The translations under genes were made by a program, and so were the position numbers. The notes below the pieces were generated by a model. The model saw only the letters and a program-made list of their open reading frames with translations. It made no database searches and was not told the origin of the DNA. This document shows, piece by piece, positions 27,431 through 44,078 of a stretch of DNA of 64,000 bases (position 1 is the stretch's first letter; each line of letters opens with the position of its first letter). The stretch lies in the NCBI RefSeq assembly GCF_009914755.1, contig NC_060935.1; one strand, written 5' to 3'. The DNA comes from the human T2T-CHM13v2.0 reference genome, Homo sapiens.

Positions 27431-28288
27431 TGTTATAGGCTGAACTGTGTCTTTCTCAAAATCCATGTTGAAGTTCTAACACCCAGTACCTCAGACTGTG
27501 ACTGCATTTGGAGACAGGACTTTTAAAGGGGTAATTAAGTTAAAATGAGGTCATTAGGGTGGGCCCTAATCCAACAGGACTGGTCCTTATAAGAAGGGAA
27601 GATGGGCCAGGAGAGGTGGCTCATGCCTGTAATCCTAGCACTTTGAGAGCCCAAGGCAGGAAGATCACTTGAGCTCAGGAGTTCAAGATCAACCTGGGCA
27701 ACATGGCAAGACCCTGTATCCATAAAAAATACAAAAATTAGCCAGATGCGGTGGCTCATGCCTGTAATCCCAGCACTTTGGAAGGCTGAGGTGGGTGGAT
27801 CACGAGGTCAAGAGATCAAGACCATCCTGGCTAACATGGTGAAACCTCCTCTCTACTAAAAACACAAAAATTAGCTGGGCGTGATGGCAGGCACCTGTAG
27901 TCCCAGCTACTCGGGAGGCTGAGGCAGGAGAATCGCTTGAACCTGGAGGCAGGGGGTGCAGTGAGCTGAGATTGCACCACTGCACTTCAGCCTGGCAACA
28001 GAGCGAGGCTCCATCTCAAAAAATAAATAAAATAAAATACAAACATTATAAATAAATAAGAAGGGGCGATTAGGACGTGGACACATGCAAGCACCGAGGA
28101 AAGACCCTGTGAGGACAGTGAGAAGGTGGCTTTCTGCAAGCCAAGGAGAGAGGCCTCAGAGGAAACCAACCCTGCCAACGCCATGATCTCAAACTTCCAG
28201 CTTCCGGAACAGTGAGAAACTAAATGTCTGTTGTTTGAGCCTCCCAGTCTGTGGTATTTTACTACGGCAACCCTAGAAAACTACCGTA
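27431..28288 (+). mobile_element. MLT1 (MaLR) LTR interrupted by a composite Alu
   Basis: TGTTATAGGCTGAACTGTGTC start; ...CAGTCTGTGGTATTTT...CCCTAGAAAACTA end. Confidence 0.85.
27605..28055 (+). mobile_element. Three-arm Alu (J-type left arm followed by a full AluSc-type element)
   Basis: Left-left-right arrangement inside one TSD pair. Confidence 0.85.
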
Positions 28289-28339
28289 GCCCCCCAGAAT
28301 AATTCATATAACGCCTTCAGGCACTAAAATTGCAATCTC

Positions 28340-28688
<349 letters not shown>

Positions 28689-28796
28689 CTAGCAAACAAC
28701 TGCTAAGAAACAGGAATAAGAGACTGAGTAGACAACGCAGTGCTCCTTCAAACACTGGTAAAGGACAGGAGTGAAGTGTGATAGAGCATAAATTAC

Positions 28797-29038
28797 CTTG
28801 AGGTGAATGTAACAGTCTTTCAGCTCCGAGCCCCTGACGAGAGGCCCCTCCACGGGGCCAAACTGGGTGCGCTTGGGGATGCGCCGCTTGGAGAACACCC
28901 CGCCCAGAAACCTGTCTATGTAGAGCACCAGGGGGAGGCTCGCCCTGGCCCGGGTGAGCACCGGCCGGTTGGGGATCGGGTGCAAGGGGCCGTGCTTCGG
29001 ACACACTGAAGCATGCGCGTTATTGCACTCCTCACACC
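28797..29038 (-). CDS. PRDM10: PRDM10 coding exon 5: zinc knuckle (WCEEC...CPKH) and start of the PR/SET domain, 242 nt
   Basis: TTTTGCAG|GG acceptor, AAG|GTAATT donor; FGPVEG PR motif. Confidence 0.95.
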
Positions 29039-29983
29039 CTGCAAAAGAGAGACAGTCTTGAAGAAAAGTCCAATTCCTCAGTGTGACTTGATGTGAGGTA
29101 AAAAATTCTGACCCGAAAAATCCCCGTCTGCATTTTCAAGCCAAAATTCAATGAACTCCTAATGGCGCTACCCATTCAACGGTAATACATTCTCTCTGGG
29201 AGACCAGTAAAAATCCTGTAATTCTCCTCTAAAATCAGACAGAATTTGCTTATGCCTGCCAAAAACAACTAGCAGGCCATGACTGACTTCTTTGCTGGAG
29301 AGTCCTTTGAATAGTGGCCACTAAATTTACAAATCAATTACAACATGTCTGAAGAGTAAAAAGAGCGTATCAGGCTAAATGTTGCACTATCTGATGAGAC
29401 AAAATAGGTGAATTTTATAGTATGCCCATTATCTCAATAAAACTATTCCGGGACCGGGGAGGAACCCTGACAATACTATTGAATCAATTTTCTCAAAGGG
29501 AGTTACAGAAGTCTTATATCTCAGCCTAACTCAAACGGAAAAAGGGTTGTGCGGTCTGAGAGTTCAGTGCATACTGTCTGATTAGATAATGCTAAAATGA
29601 ACAAATTTAGAATCCCTTCCTTCATTCACTGGGATGACACAACATTTTCCGCCCATTCCAAGAGCACTCGGTTTGCACCAGTCCGGCCACACGCCCTGCC
29701 TCTTTGCCAGGAGCACCCACCTGTAAGCTAACCGCCAGAACGAGACAGGTACAGCCCCAAAACGGAGGAGAGCAAATGGACCACACAGGCCATGCCCACA
29801 ACCCTTAACACACTTAACATGCTTTACCTTACTCCAGCTGCATGGTGACCTGGTTTAGGAAATAGTTATTTTTAATTTCTACAATTCTCAAATAACAGAG
29901 CTACTTTGTATTAATATTTTAAAGATAAAGTGATTTTCTGTGCATTTGACTTAGGAGTTGCCTCAAAAATGTAAGAATTTTTC

Positions 29984-30325
29984 CCAGGTGCAGTGGCTCA
30001 GCCTGTAATCCCAGCACTTTGGGAGGCTGAGGTGGGCGGATCACTTGAGGTCAGGAGTTCGAGACCAGTCTCGCCAACATGGTGAAACTCCATCTCTACT
30101 AAAAATACAAAAAAAAAAAAATTAGCTGGGCGTGGTGGTGCACATCTGTAGTCCCAACTACTCTACTCCGGAGGCTGAGGCTTGAGAATTGCTTGAACCT
30201 GGGAGGCAGAGGGCTGCAGTGAACCGAGCTTGAACCACTGCACTCCAGCTTGGGAGACAGACCAAGACCCTGTCTCAAAATTAAAGAAAAAAAAACAAAA
30301 ACAAACAAAAAGAAAAGAAAAGAAA
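29984..30325 (+). mobile_element. AluS
   Basis: Dimer with an A-rich tail. Confidence 0.88.
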
Positions 30326-31171
30326 ACGTATGAATTCAAGGAAAACCAAAACGAGCAAGTTCTCTGTTGAACTGGGATTAGATGTGGAGCTTGAACACTG
30401 GGCCCAAGCAGACAGATTTTACCACCACCACACAGAAGGACCAGGAGAAACAGGATGAAACCACAAAGCTCTGAAGAGCCTCAGTAATGCAAATCAATGA
30501 GTAAGCACTTTGCCACATAAGCAAGAAAATCCACAGAAAGAAACTGATGGTTTCTTGGTGGTGGAATGTGAACCCCCAGCAAGCAGTAGGGTGGGGTGGC
30601 TGATCAAGGGCGCTGCCGAGGGGCCACACTGCCTGAACTGGAGTCCTGACCCTCAAATTATTGGCACAGCCCTGGGAAAGCTACCCACCTCATGGTAGGG
30701 CCATGGAGGGCATAAAGGAGGTAGTAGACGCAGGGCACTCACGCCTGGGATAGAACAGCATTCTTAAAAGGCTATCATGGAAGAGGCAAAGCAGCAAGGC
30801 AAACTTGTTAAAGCTGAAGTGGCTGAAGAGCGCAGGATCGGGCAAATCTACCATGGTGGTTTGGTAGCTGAAGCTCTGGTGTGAGAGACCTGGGCTTGGC
30901 TGCCTGATGCCCCTTCGTCCCTGTGTGACCCCGAGCGAGCTTCCCAATCTTCTGAGCTTGTTTACTCATCAGTAAATCAGAAAACGAAGGAGAGTGTCCC
31001 TCAAAGGGCTGCAGTGAAGGCCAGGTGGGATGAAGCAAGCAGAGAATGTAGCACAGTTGGCTGCACACGGAAGGACCTGACGCACGGGAGCTATGTTCAC
31101 ACACACGCACACGTACACAGACGCACAAGATGGACACAGCTTCCCTGGGGGAGACCCGTGCCCACACTTAC

Positions 31172-31397
31172 ACAAGTCGTGTGGGTCGAAGGGCCGGGGC
31201 GGGTCTGGCTCCCAGTCATCCAGATCCGTGTCCTCACCGTCTTCTTCCTCATCTTCCTCAGTGTCCTCGTCCTCATCCTCATCCTCTTCCTCTTTGGCCT
31301 CCAGTCTGCCTAGAGGGGTCTGCAGAGTTGCCAAAGGGTCGGACCCATCTACACTCTCGATGGAAGGCAGCACCTGGTTATGAACTGGCAATGAGGC
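31172..31397 (-). CDS. PRDM10: PRDM10 coding exon 4 (ASLPVHNQ..., acidic E/D tract, ...FDPHDL), 226 nt
   Basis: CCAG|GCC acceptor, T|GTAAGT donor; ORF 30969..31472. Confidence 0.94.
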
Positions 31398-33214
31398 CTG
31401 GGCAAAAGTTGAAGGCACAGAGTAAGCAGACATGGACACCTGCTTTTGGTTCGCTGGTGCCTGCTGGCACAAACAGGGCGCAAGGGCTGGCTGAAATCTA
31501 GTCTTCCTACCAACTCCTTCCAGGCCCTGGAAAAATGACTTCCATCTACCGGCTGTGAGGAAGAGCTGGCTTCATTTTTGATCTGACTGCTCACAGCCTT
31601 TAAGCCTCTGCCCTCCCTCTGCCCCTTCTGTCCCACACCTGGGAGGGCTGCTAAGAAGGCTCAGGTGCTCCCTCCTTTGGCAGCAGTGGGAGAGTCAACA
31701 CTGGCAAGGCCCTGACCACCTGCGTCCTGACCCCACCCCTAAAACTTAATAAAACCTGGTCTCTTCCTGGCTCATTCAGCCGTTTCACACTGCTTGAGAG
31801 GCCTGCCCTGTCTCCCAAGACTTCAAATAGGTAAGCAACAGACCGTTTCGATGTGTGCACATGTGAGGTATCATCAGTTTCCACATCTGAACTAAACCTG
31901 GGGTGGGGGTCCCTCTTGCCTTTCCAGAGTAGCCATACCACACTGGAGGGGGTAAATGAGTTGACCTATCCTCAACCACTTGTCTTTTAAAACTAAACAC
32001 GTCGTGCAACACATGGTTAACAAAGTTCCATAGCTCACAGCTCTCCTTTTAAACAGCTCAGGCAGGCTGAGGTTTTTAAGTAAGAATGAAAGAGATGAGG
32101 TGCCTGTTTGTTTCATCATGCTGAAGTCAGTCTCCTGCAAATAAGACACAGTTTGGGTCATGTATTAGGTTAATGCTATCTTATCAAATATCCTGGCAGA
32201 AAATAAAAATGGTACCTTAAAAAGTTCTCCTGCCTCCAATCTAAGTGTTATGGGATTATACACTGGCCTAGAATCCCTTTATGCAATCTTGCTCCTCCTG
32301 CCCAATTAGCACAAGGTCATACTCAAGCCATGTCCTATTCAATAAATAAAGCAAGTTTTTAAAAATGCCACTCCCTTTATCTTCTCATATGTTGTTTTCC
32401 TCACCTAAAATACTCTTTCCTCAGCCACCTTCTAAATCCTACCACATTCCAGTTTCCCAGTGAACCGCCTTTGATGCCTCCAGCCCTCCCTGAGTCTCCT
32501 CTGCTCTGAACTCCTGCAGCCCTTGGAGCCATAGAATCCCACTCCACAACAGCACTCAGCATCTGCTTCCACATTTCATGACCTCACCAGGCAGCCTGAA
32601 TCATTCTGAAATAGTTCTATGACAATTTCTGTGGAGCCCAGATCTTCCACGCTTTGGTTAGGGCCCAGGACTTTCCTCTGGAGGTAGCTAGAATAAGTGT
32701 AACCCTTCCGCCACAAGAATCAAATATCTGAAGGCCAAAAAACCCTAATTCATTCAGTCATTTCTCACATGACCAAACTCCCAGCTCCCTAATCATCTTG
32801 TTGTCTTCATTTATTTCGCAGTGGATTCCATATTTTTATTAATACAACATCAGGGTGCATTAGTGTTTACGTTGGCCACGTTGCTCTACTGCAGACCCAT
32901 CCTGAACTTGCAGATAACTAAAATATCTAAGTCCTCTTTTCCCCTCATAGAGTGCTATTAAACCATTTTTCCCCTCATCAGGACTTCAAGAGCTGATTTT
33001 TACTTAAATGGGGGATTTTGCATTTATCTCCAGTAAATTTCATTTCACTGCTTTTATCTGTTCTTCCCATCTGCCAAGATCTTTAGACTTCAGATCCAGA
33101 CATCTCACACATTAACTATCCCCACAGCTTTGCATCCATTGCCAAACACCATCTATTTTGGTGATGAGTATGCGTTTTCACATGAGTCCATCTTGCCTCT
33201 CCAACTGCACCTCA

Positions 33215-33430
33215 GGGAAATAGACTATGGGCTTTGGAGTCAGGCATTTAGAGTAAAATCCTTGCCCCACCCCTTAGCAAGTTACTACACTTCTCTGAAC
33301 CTCAGTTTCTTTGTCTGTAAAATGGACACAGTAATACATGCCTCAGGTTGTTGTATTAAGTGAAACAATATGTATATAAGGCCAGTAGCAGAGTGTATAG
33401 CATTTAGTAACTGCTTAGTATTAATCATTA
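33215..33430 (+). mobile_element. MIR
   Basis: CTCTGAACCTCAGTTTCTTTGTCTGTAAAATGG core. Confidence 0.75.
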
Positions 33431-33659
33431 TTATCCTAAGTTCTTTAAGGACCATGATGATATCATATACTTCCTCCTCAAATTTAAAAGATCGCTGAGC
33501 ATAAAGTAGGTGTTCAATGAAGATTAATTTGTTGAAATATATTTGGCCTTTTGGGAAATAACACCAATCCCTTCAGGCACCTAGAGGAAGTCTTTGCAGT
33601 ACTCACAGAAACATCCTTTTTCTGCTGTGCATCTTAATCGAAGAACTTATCAAACTCTA

Positions 33660-34275
<616 letters not shown>

Positions 34276-36561
34276 GAACTCTAAAGAAACGGTACTGAGT
34301 GTGTTTATTGAGGGCCTGACCTGCAACGGCTGTGTAAGAGCGTTACCCAACATTTGAAACACTCTGTCTCCAGAAAGCAGATCAAACCGGTTATCTCAAA
34401 CTGCATCCGCACACTTAACACATGCTCATTTGACTTTTGCCTGACATTCCACTTCTGCAATTCAGGGTCTTTTAGAAAGTTTTACGGGGGAAGCCAAATT
34501 CTGGAAGACGCTTCTGCCTCAGCTTCAATAAAAACAGCATAAAATGCCCTGTGAGGGTGAGGACTCCACAGGGAACTTCTAGCAGTGCAGCTGCTGTGGC
34601 CACCTCCCCCTCAACCTCCTCACCAGAACCTGCAAGGAAGTGACTGTATTCCTGCTCCCCATCTCAGAGCACAGCTTACAATACTGCCCCTTGTCCTAAG
34701 CGCTTAAGCATTATGCCAGGGTTAGTGATAAATGTTATCACATACTGAACAAACCAAAGCATATGTACACCTCTACTCCTCATAAACTCGCTCTGCAGAG
34801 CCAACCTGAAAGAATGAATTCAGCAATTCAGTTATTCTAGTAAAACCGCGATGTATTTTTTTCCCAACAGATGCTGTCAGAAAGACACCGGTTTGGCAAC
34901 GTGACTGGCTTCTTGCCACTGCTGAGAAAGCTGACATCAAGATAAAACCAGCCTTCACTTCCCCATGCTGGACCTCTTTCCTAACAGACTGTGGCAAAAG
35001 GAAATGCTTAAACACTCCAGCAGCATCTTTAGAGGCTGGCACTAAAAGCGGAGTTTGGATATTTACCAGAAACATGCAAACTGCTGTGGAAAAGGAACGG
35101 AAAGAGCTGCTGACCATCATTTCTAGATAAGAACTGTACACTTCTAGACAACACAAACCTTAACACACAACAGGCATGCATTACAAATTTAATGAACCAC
35201 AAATTCAAATTCAGCTGGTGTTTACTGAGTGCTAGGCAGGTATTTGAATCCCTCTGAGGCCAGGTGATGTTACAACGCTCCTAAGTGGCAGAGATGAAGT
35301 CTAAATTCTGACTCTGCACTGCCTTTTCCACTACATCACGATGGCCCTATGGAATTCAGTCTATTCAAGGAGGGCAGCAGAAGCGGTAAACGTCATCCAC
35401 GCTTTGAATACCTGGGCAACAAGGTAACCAACCACACATGTCCCTGAGGTCATAGCCAGGCGGTAGGTTGGCAAGCAGTGTCTGTCTGTTTCACTTAGAG
35501 GAAAGGAGTCTGAAGCAAAACCATTTTAATCCTGTGCATTTTGTCATGTACAATAAAATACAGTAAAAGCAAAAAGAATCTATAAACTTACGGTATACTT
35601 TCTCCTTCCCACTTAATACCACTCTCTGTAATTATTTCTGAAAGGACATAATGCATTTCAGGATACAATTTATCTGAGAAGTGAAACATGAAACGACCAC
35701 GCTGGACAGCAGCACACACAACAGAATGCTTCTTGATTCCTACTGAGACCAATTATCAGGGCAGCATATTTTCCTCTCAGTGTGTGGGGAGTCACACATG
35801 TTCATTTTCAAAAACAAAGAGGAGACTATGCCTGGAGACCACTGATGCCTTTCTTAAGGACGGGGGAATGCATACATGAAAAAGGATTCAAGCACATTCT
35901 GCCCCCACTAAAAACAACTGAAAATATAATGGGAACCTTTTGGCTAAGAAAAAAACAAAAACCAAAAAAAAAACCATCCTCTGTGTTCAACCCTCAATCT
36001 AACTTTCTATCCAGAATTTATCCAGGTCACCAGATAAACTGACAACCACTGAGGTGTTATAACCAGAAATAAAAACTGTGCTGGTGGAAAGGAAACTACA
36101 ATGAAGAAAGATGCTAAGCCAATAGTTACACTGTCTTGTAATGTCAGGGTTTGTGGAGCTGAGTACAACTTTCCTTTTGAGCAAAACATGAAACAAGCAG
36201 ATTGTTTCTGGAGATTGGAAAAGATGAAGGGCCCTTTGAAGTGCAAATGGCAACGAAGCCTTTAATTAAAACTATCCCTTAATATTAAAACAACAAAAAT
36301 TTGCCTATCGGATTGGCAAAATTTGAAAAGAATGCAAATACTCAGTGTGGCAAGAGTGTGTGGAAATGGGGCACCCTTGTATACTATACTGTTGGTGGGA
36401 ATACAAATATTTTCAGTGTCTGAAAAGCAATTTAGAAAATCAATTATCAAAATAATTTCACACAAATATCAAATAGAATAGTATTTTATTATACATGAGG
36501 TTTATTCCTCATGTATCCATAACTCAGCTCAACAATTATCAATTCATGGCCAATCAACATC

Positions 36562-37752
<1,191 letters not shown>

Positions 37753-38285
37753 TAAAATACAAATATCTTCTGTCTCTACCATTTGTCTTTGGGGTATTTA
37801 TCCTAAGGAAATAATCTGATATGATGTCCATGACAGCATTCTTTATAGTAGCAAAAAAAAAAAAAAAAAGGAAATAATCTACATGTAAAATAATAAATGA
37901 AGTATATAATAGTATATCCTAATATATAAAAATATATATATTATATATATATAATCCATTGCTTGCTTGATGGAATCAATAAGTATTTACAGAAATGAGG
38001 TTGGTTTGGGTCAAGAATATACCTAAGTATTATAAAAAATTATTAAAATAAATAACAATTCTCATTTAAGTTCAAAGACCCCATTACATTGCCGTTCACT
38101 GCCAGTCATGAATGAATTTAACCCCAACTTATACAAAAAAGGCTCCTAACAAACTTCTCTATATTTCAGATGATATGAATATAACTAGGGTTCATTTTCT
38201 AAATTTTAAAATAGAAGCATACAAATCTTCTACCAAGAAATAAAAAAGCAGAAAGTGCTTCTTCTTTTAAATTTTAATTTAATTT

Positions 38286-38978
<693 letters not shown>

Positions 38979-39533
38979 TGCTTCCACACCTTCTTTATCA
39001 CTTTCACATTCTTGCAGGAAATAAGGAGGAAGTCATCAAAGCCAAGTAGGATATATCAGAAATGAAGGTAATGGGAAAGAAATGTTTTAAAAGAAAACCA
39101 AGAAGAACTCAAATTTTTAGAAGCTGGCATGAGGAAAATTGGAACCAAATTTATATGTAATTTAAGCAAGAATTTTTTTTTCAGTATTTAAAAATAGAGC
39201 AAGTACAAAAGCTATATCAATTTCCAAAAAAAGAGACACTTTTAAACCTCATGATTATTCTTTGGTACTTGAACAAATACCCTGTTTATATGCTTATTTT
39301 AAAAAATTTCTCTGACAAATCACTTTCTATTATCAGATTATTCCAGTATATACTTATTGAAATATGTTAATATTATGTTGCATTTTGCTTTGTTTTCATT
39401 AAAGGAGCTGGAGAACATTCTTAGTACATGAGAAACAAACATCCAGAGATGGTGCAGTGCAAAGGGATGGGGCATTCCAGGCGCAGTGACATTCACAGTG
39501 TTATCCCCAAACAAGAAAAAGGCAGTTCGTTAC

Positions 39534-39593
39534 CTGCTGAGCTGTAGCATCCTGTTGGACATAAGCTACCTGGCCGGGGTCTGTAAACAGAGT
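39534..39593 (-). CDS. PRDM10: PRDM10 coding exon 3 ([20 protein letters not shown]), 60 nt
   Basis: TTTAG|ACT acceptor, CAG|GTAACG donor; absent from the ORF track. Confidence 0.92.
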
Positions 39594-40307
39594 CTAAACA
39601 AACAAACGAACAAAAAATTATCAGTAGCTCTTTGGATAGCCTGCCTACACAGAAAAATTATCCTACTGCTAAGCACCAATTTTTAGAAAAGTTAACTCCC
39701 ATTTTAGCCAGTAATAAGCTTTCATTAATACAGAAAATAAAGATAGTAATCTTAAATTTAGCTAAAGCTTTTCATTCACATGGCTCCAAAGAGATTGTAT
39801 AAGCTAACCATCCCAATGGCTAACATACTTCGCAATTTTACTCGTAAGCAAAGCCTTTCTTGGGACTGAATGTCACAGTTAATTAAAAACGCATCTCATG
39901 AAAACACAAGAGACATGACATGAACAAGGGTTCACAGGTTCACACATAACACTGCTCACGGGAGTAGACTTGTGATGAAATGAAAATGGATGGAGATAGA
40001 CAGGCATCTAGAAGAGGATTACATACCCAAGGATTACAGCTATTTCAAATGTAAGTGCATGTTTATTATCAGAAGAGAAGTAGAAGGAAAATAAATTGAA
40101 CTTAATGTTCCATGAGTTCTTTTCTACATAGTCAGTAAAGTCATAATTAAAAAAAAAAATTAATCATCATAAACTAAGTTGGCTCATGATGCAGCAAAGC
40201 TAACTAGAGAAAATTCTTCGAAACTACTGTAGCCAGGGCACCACAGTTAATATCTCTAATCCAGAAAAATGTCAAAATGTCCTTTCTTCTAAAGTTTTTA
40301 AAAATCT

Positions 40308-40629
<322 letters not shown>

Positions 40630-41348
40630 TCAGACATTTAGTAACATTGTAATAAACTGAAAGTTGGTCACAGGACATTCTTACATAAACTAATCTTATT
40701 TTAATATAGGCAGGGGTATTCCAAAAGTACCACTAAGTCTTCAGTGATTTCATACTTATGTAGATTTGAAAGGCACTAATTAGGCGGGCCTCATTTCTAT
40801 TTGGGAGTGATCTGAGCCTCTTTATTGAATATCAAATGAGGGCAAATTTTTCTTACCAAGATGCTACTATAAAAGTATGGAATTTAGATGTTAAAGATAT
40901 ACATTTCAAAGTACTTTATACATTGTAAAGTGCTAACAATGTAAATTAACATTTATATGTTGGGGGATATTGGTGTCACTCATTTGGAAGCTATACTGCA
41001 AGTCACTGGCAAAAAATAAAATAAAAGCAGCTATAATTGTACACCTTTTGGCAGTAAACATCTTTGCTTCTAGTACAGCCTTGCAAATCAGTAAGTTATT
41101 AAGAAGTGGTAGCTAATAAGCTTAGCAGGACCCTTTCTTACATATTTAGCTGAAATAATCTGTATGTTTTCACAGAGCCATTTTTGGCCTGGTTCTTGAT
41201 ACTTAGGAATAATAAATTCATAACCTAGTCAACTGTAGAGAAGAGCTATATACGAACCCATGCTCTAACTCCTTATTGCATTTAGCGTCAAGAAATAAAT
41301 CACATCTTCCTCTGCCAAGTTGGTTACAAGCTCCTTGAGAGCACAGAT

Positions 41349-41637
41349 CTTTTTTTTTGAGACAGAGTTTTGCTCTGTCACCCAGGCTGGAGTGCAGTGG
41401 CGCGATCTCGGCTCACTGCAACCTCCGCCTCCCAGGTTCAAGCAATTCTCTGCCTCAGCCTCCCACGTAGCTGGGATTACAGGTGCCCACCACCACGCCC
41501 AGCTACTTTTTTGTATTTTTAGTAGAGACAGGGTTTCACCCTCTTGGCCAGGCTGGTCTTGAACTCCTGACCTCATGATCCACCTGCCTCGGCCTCCCAA
41601 AGTGCTGGGATTACAGGCGTGAGCCACCGCGCCTGGC
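41349..41637 (-). mobile_element. AluS inserted in an L2 3' end
   Basis: TSD TGAGAGCACAGATCTT. Confidence 0.9.
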
Positions 41638-41767
41638 TGAGAGCACAGATCTTATCTGAATACGTACTGCATCACCAGTACCTAGCACAATGACTGACAG
41701 AAAGTAAACACAAGTAATTGGTTAATTAGTTAATTGACAAATTATCAACAGATAACCCTTCACATGC

Positions 41768-41932
41768 CTGTGCAGCTTCCACCGGGTGGATGTACACCAG
41801 CGTGTGCTCTGGACCATCCACTGATGTGTAGGAGGCACCATCTGCCGTGTACACCACCTGCTGTGGGGGGCGAACCTGGTCATCGGTATAGACAATCTGA
41901 GCCACTGTTCCTGTGTCCGGAACAAAGTGCAC
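41768..41932 (-). CDS. PRDM10: PRDM10 coding exon 2 (VHFVPDTG...HPVEAAQ), 165 nt, GC donor
   Basis: Acceptor CCAG|GTG; frame continues into the next exon only through CAG|GCATGT. Confidence 0.9.
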
Positions 41933-42381
41933 CTGGCATAAACACGAGACAAAGAACAAAATCAGTATCAGGAAGGTAAGTGATCAACAAGCACACCTGG
42001 GTTTCTAAAAGATCCCCAATGACAGGAGAATGGGGATGGATACACCTTTGTCTACACCGAGGTGGTGACTAGGGGAGGATGCAAGGACCTTGTCATTGAT
42101 TTACTGCTAAATATTAGGCAACCGACTTAAATTCCCCTTTGCCTCAAATGGCCAATGCAGATAACTCTTTTGGGGAGTAATAAGGGCGTGGTTAATTGAT
42201 CCTGGAAACGACACTGAAGATTCCTGCCTGACAACACTATCAGAATAAAACATACAAATTACTCTGTGGTGTGAAAAAATACGTCAAGACTCAAAAGCCA
42301 ATTGCTGTCAACACATCATAAGAATTCTATTTTATAACTAATAGTGTCTTTCAGCAGACACATTAAAATAAGGTCACTTTT

Positions 42382-42686
<305 letters not shown>

Positions 42687-43797
42687 TCAGGTCACTTTCT
42701 TTCCTGCAAGTTGTTTCATACACAAAGGACATACTGGAGGCATATCAGTAAATGCTTGCTGAATCAATGAATGGAATAGAACTCTTCCTTGCCGGGTAGG
42801 TGAAGACACAGAAAATTCTAATAAAGTACTTTTAGGGGGTTCTGGACAACTATTTCAGCTGTCACCAGGGTAAATAATTTTCTCCCAAGACCTAAAGAAC
42901 TAAAGCAGAAATGAAGTTTTGTAAAACACTTTCTGAGTGGTCAGCTTTGGAGGATTGAATTCTTGAAGGCCTGAGCTTGGCACATGGCCTGATGCCTGAT
43001 ATTGAAGGTCTGGAAGCAGATGGCCCAAGAACACATTTGGGAGAGAAATAATGTATGTGTTGCTATCGAAGTCACGCACTTTTAGGGTGGAATCCTTGCT
43101 CTTATACTGCCTTGGCTTTGGACCTAACTTTTTAATGTCAGTTTTCTCTAGTGAAGGATAGTAGATCCCCAAGATAATATAAACTAATTTAATCCCCAGA
43201 AGGAAACCTAAGAGACAAAATGTAATCAAACACCACAGAAATACAACAAACTTCCACCTCTACACGAAATGATTAGTCTGGCTTCTACATAAATTTGATT
43301 TGTCTGGAAGATAAAGTTTGTCTATTGGAAAAATTAGGCTCATATTTAAGCAGGCTTAATTGCTATAAGACAATTTTGTGACTTTAGATTTGTTCATTAA
43401 CATCAAAGCCTTGAACTAGTTTCAGTGCTTAAGAAGGGAAAACATGTTTCCTCCAGACAAGCTATCCAAGCTTTTCTGCTTGGTCTTCATCATTCATTAA
43501 ATCAGAATTCCCAGCTGGCGGAAGAACCAGTTGGGAGGAAGGAGTGCCACAGGGACCCTGACCTTGGCTATCTACTATCTGGTTACCCACAGACAGGGCC
43601 CTGGTCATGCAGTGTCACAACCAGATTTTCTTTTGTTTTGCTTTTTAATGAACTACAATTTTATTTATAAATAAGATATACCAAAATACATAGCTGCATG
43701 GAAATGACCTCAAAATGATTTCCAGGAGAAACAAAACAGAATTCTCATATACTCTGCTGAAACATCAGTGGAACTTTTTTAAGTAATCAGACTAAGA

Positions 43798-44078
43798 CTT
43801 TATTTATTTTTATTTTTAGTGACAGGGTCTCATTCTGTCACCCAGGCTAGAGTGTAGTGGTGCAGTCATGGTTCACTGCAGCCTCCACCTCCTAGAGACA
43901 TGACCGCACCACTATAGGCATGCACCACCATGTCCGGCTAATTTTTCTTTTTTTTTTTTTTTGGTAGAGTCGGGGCCTCACTTTGTTGCCCAGGCTGGTC
44001 CTAAACTCCTGGACTGAATCGAGCCTCCTGCCTTGCCCTCCCAAACTGCTGGGAATGGCATGAACCACCATATTTGGT
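43798..44078 (-). mobile_element. AluJ with an internal deletion
   Basis: Reverse dimer. Confidence 0.82.

Noticed and set aside
31014-31501. Antisense ORFs over the acidic exon, and similar ones at 2536, 9079, 14956 and 28803
   Set aside because: Shadow frames of PRDM10 coding exons
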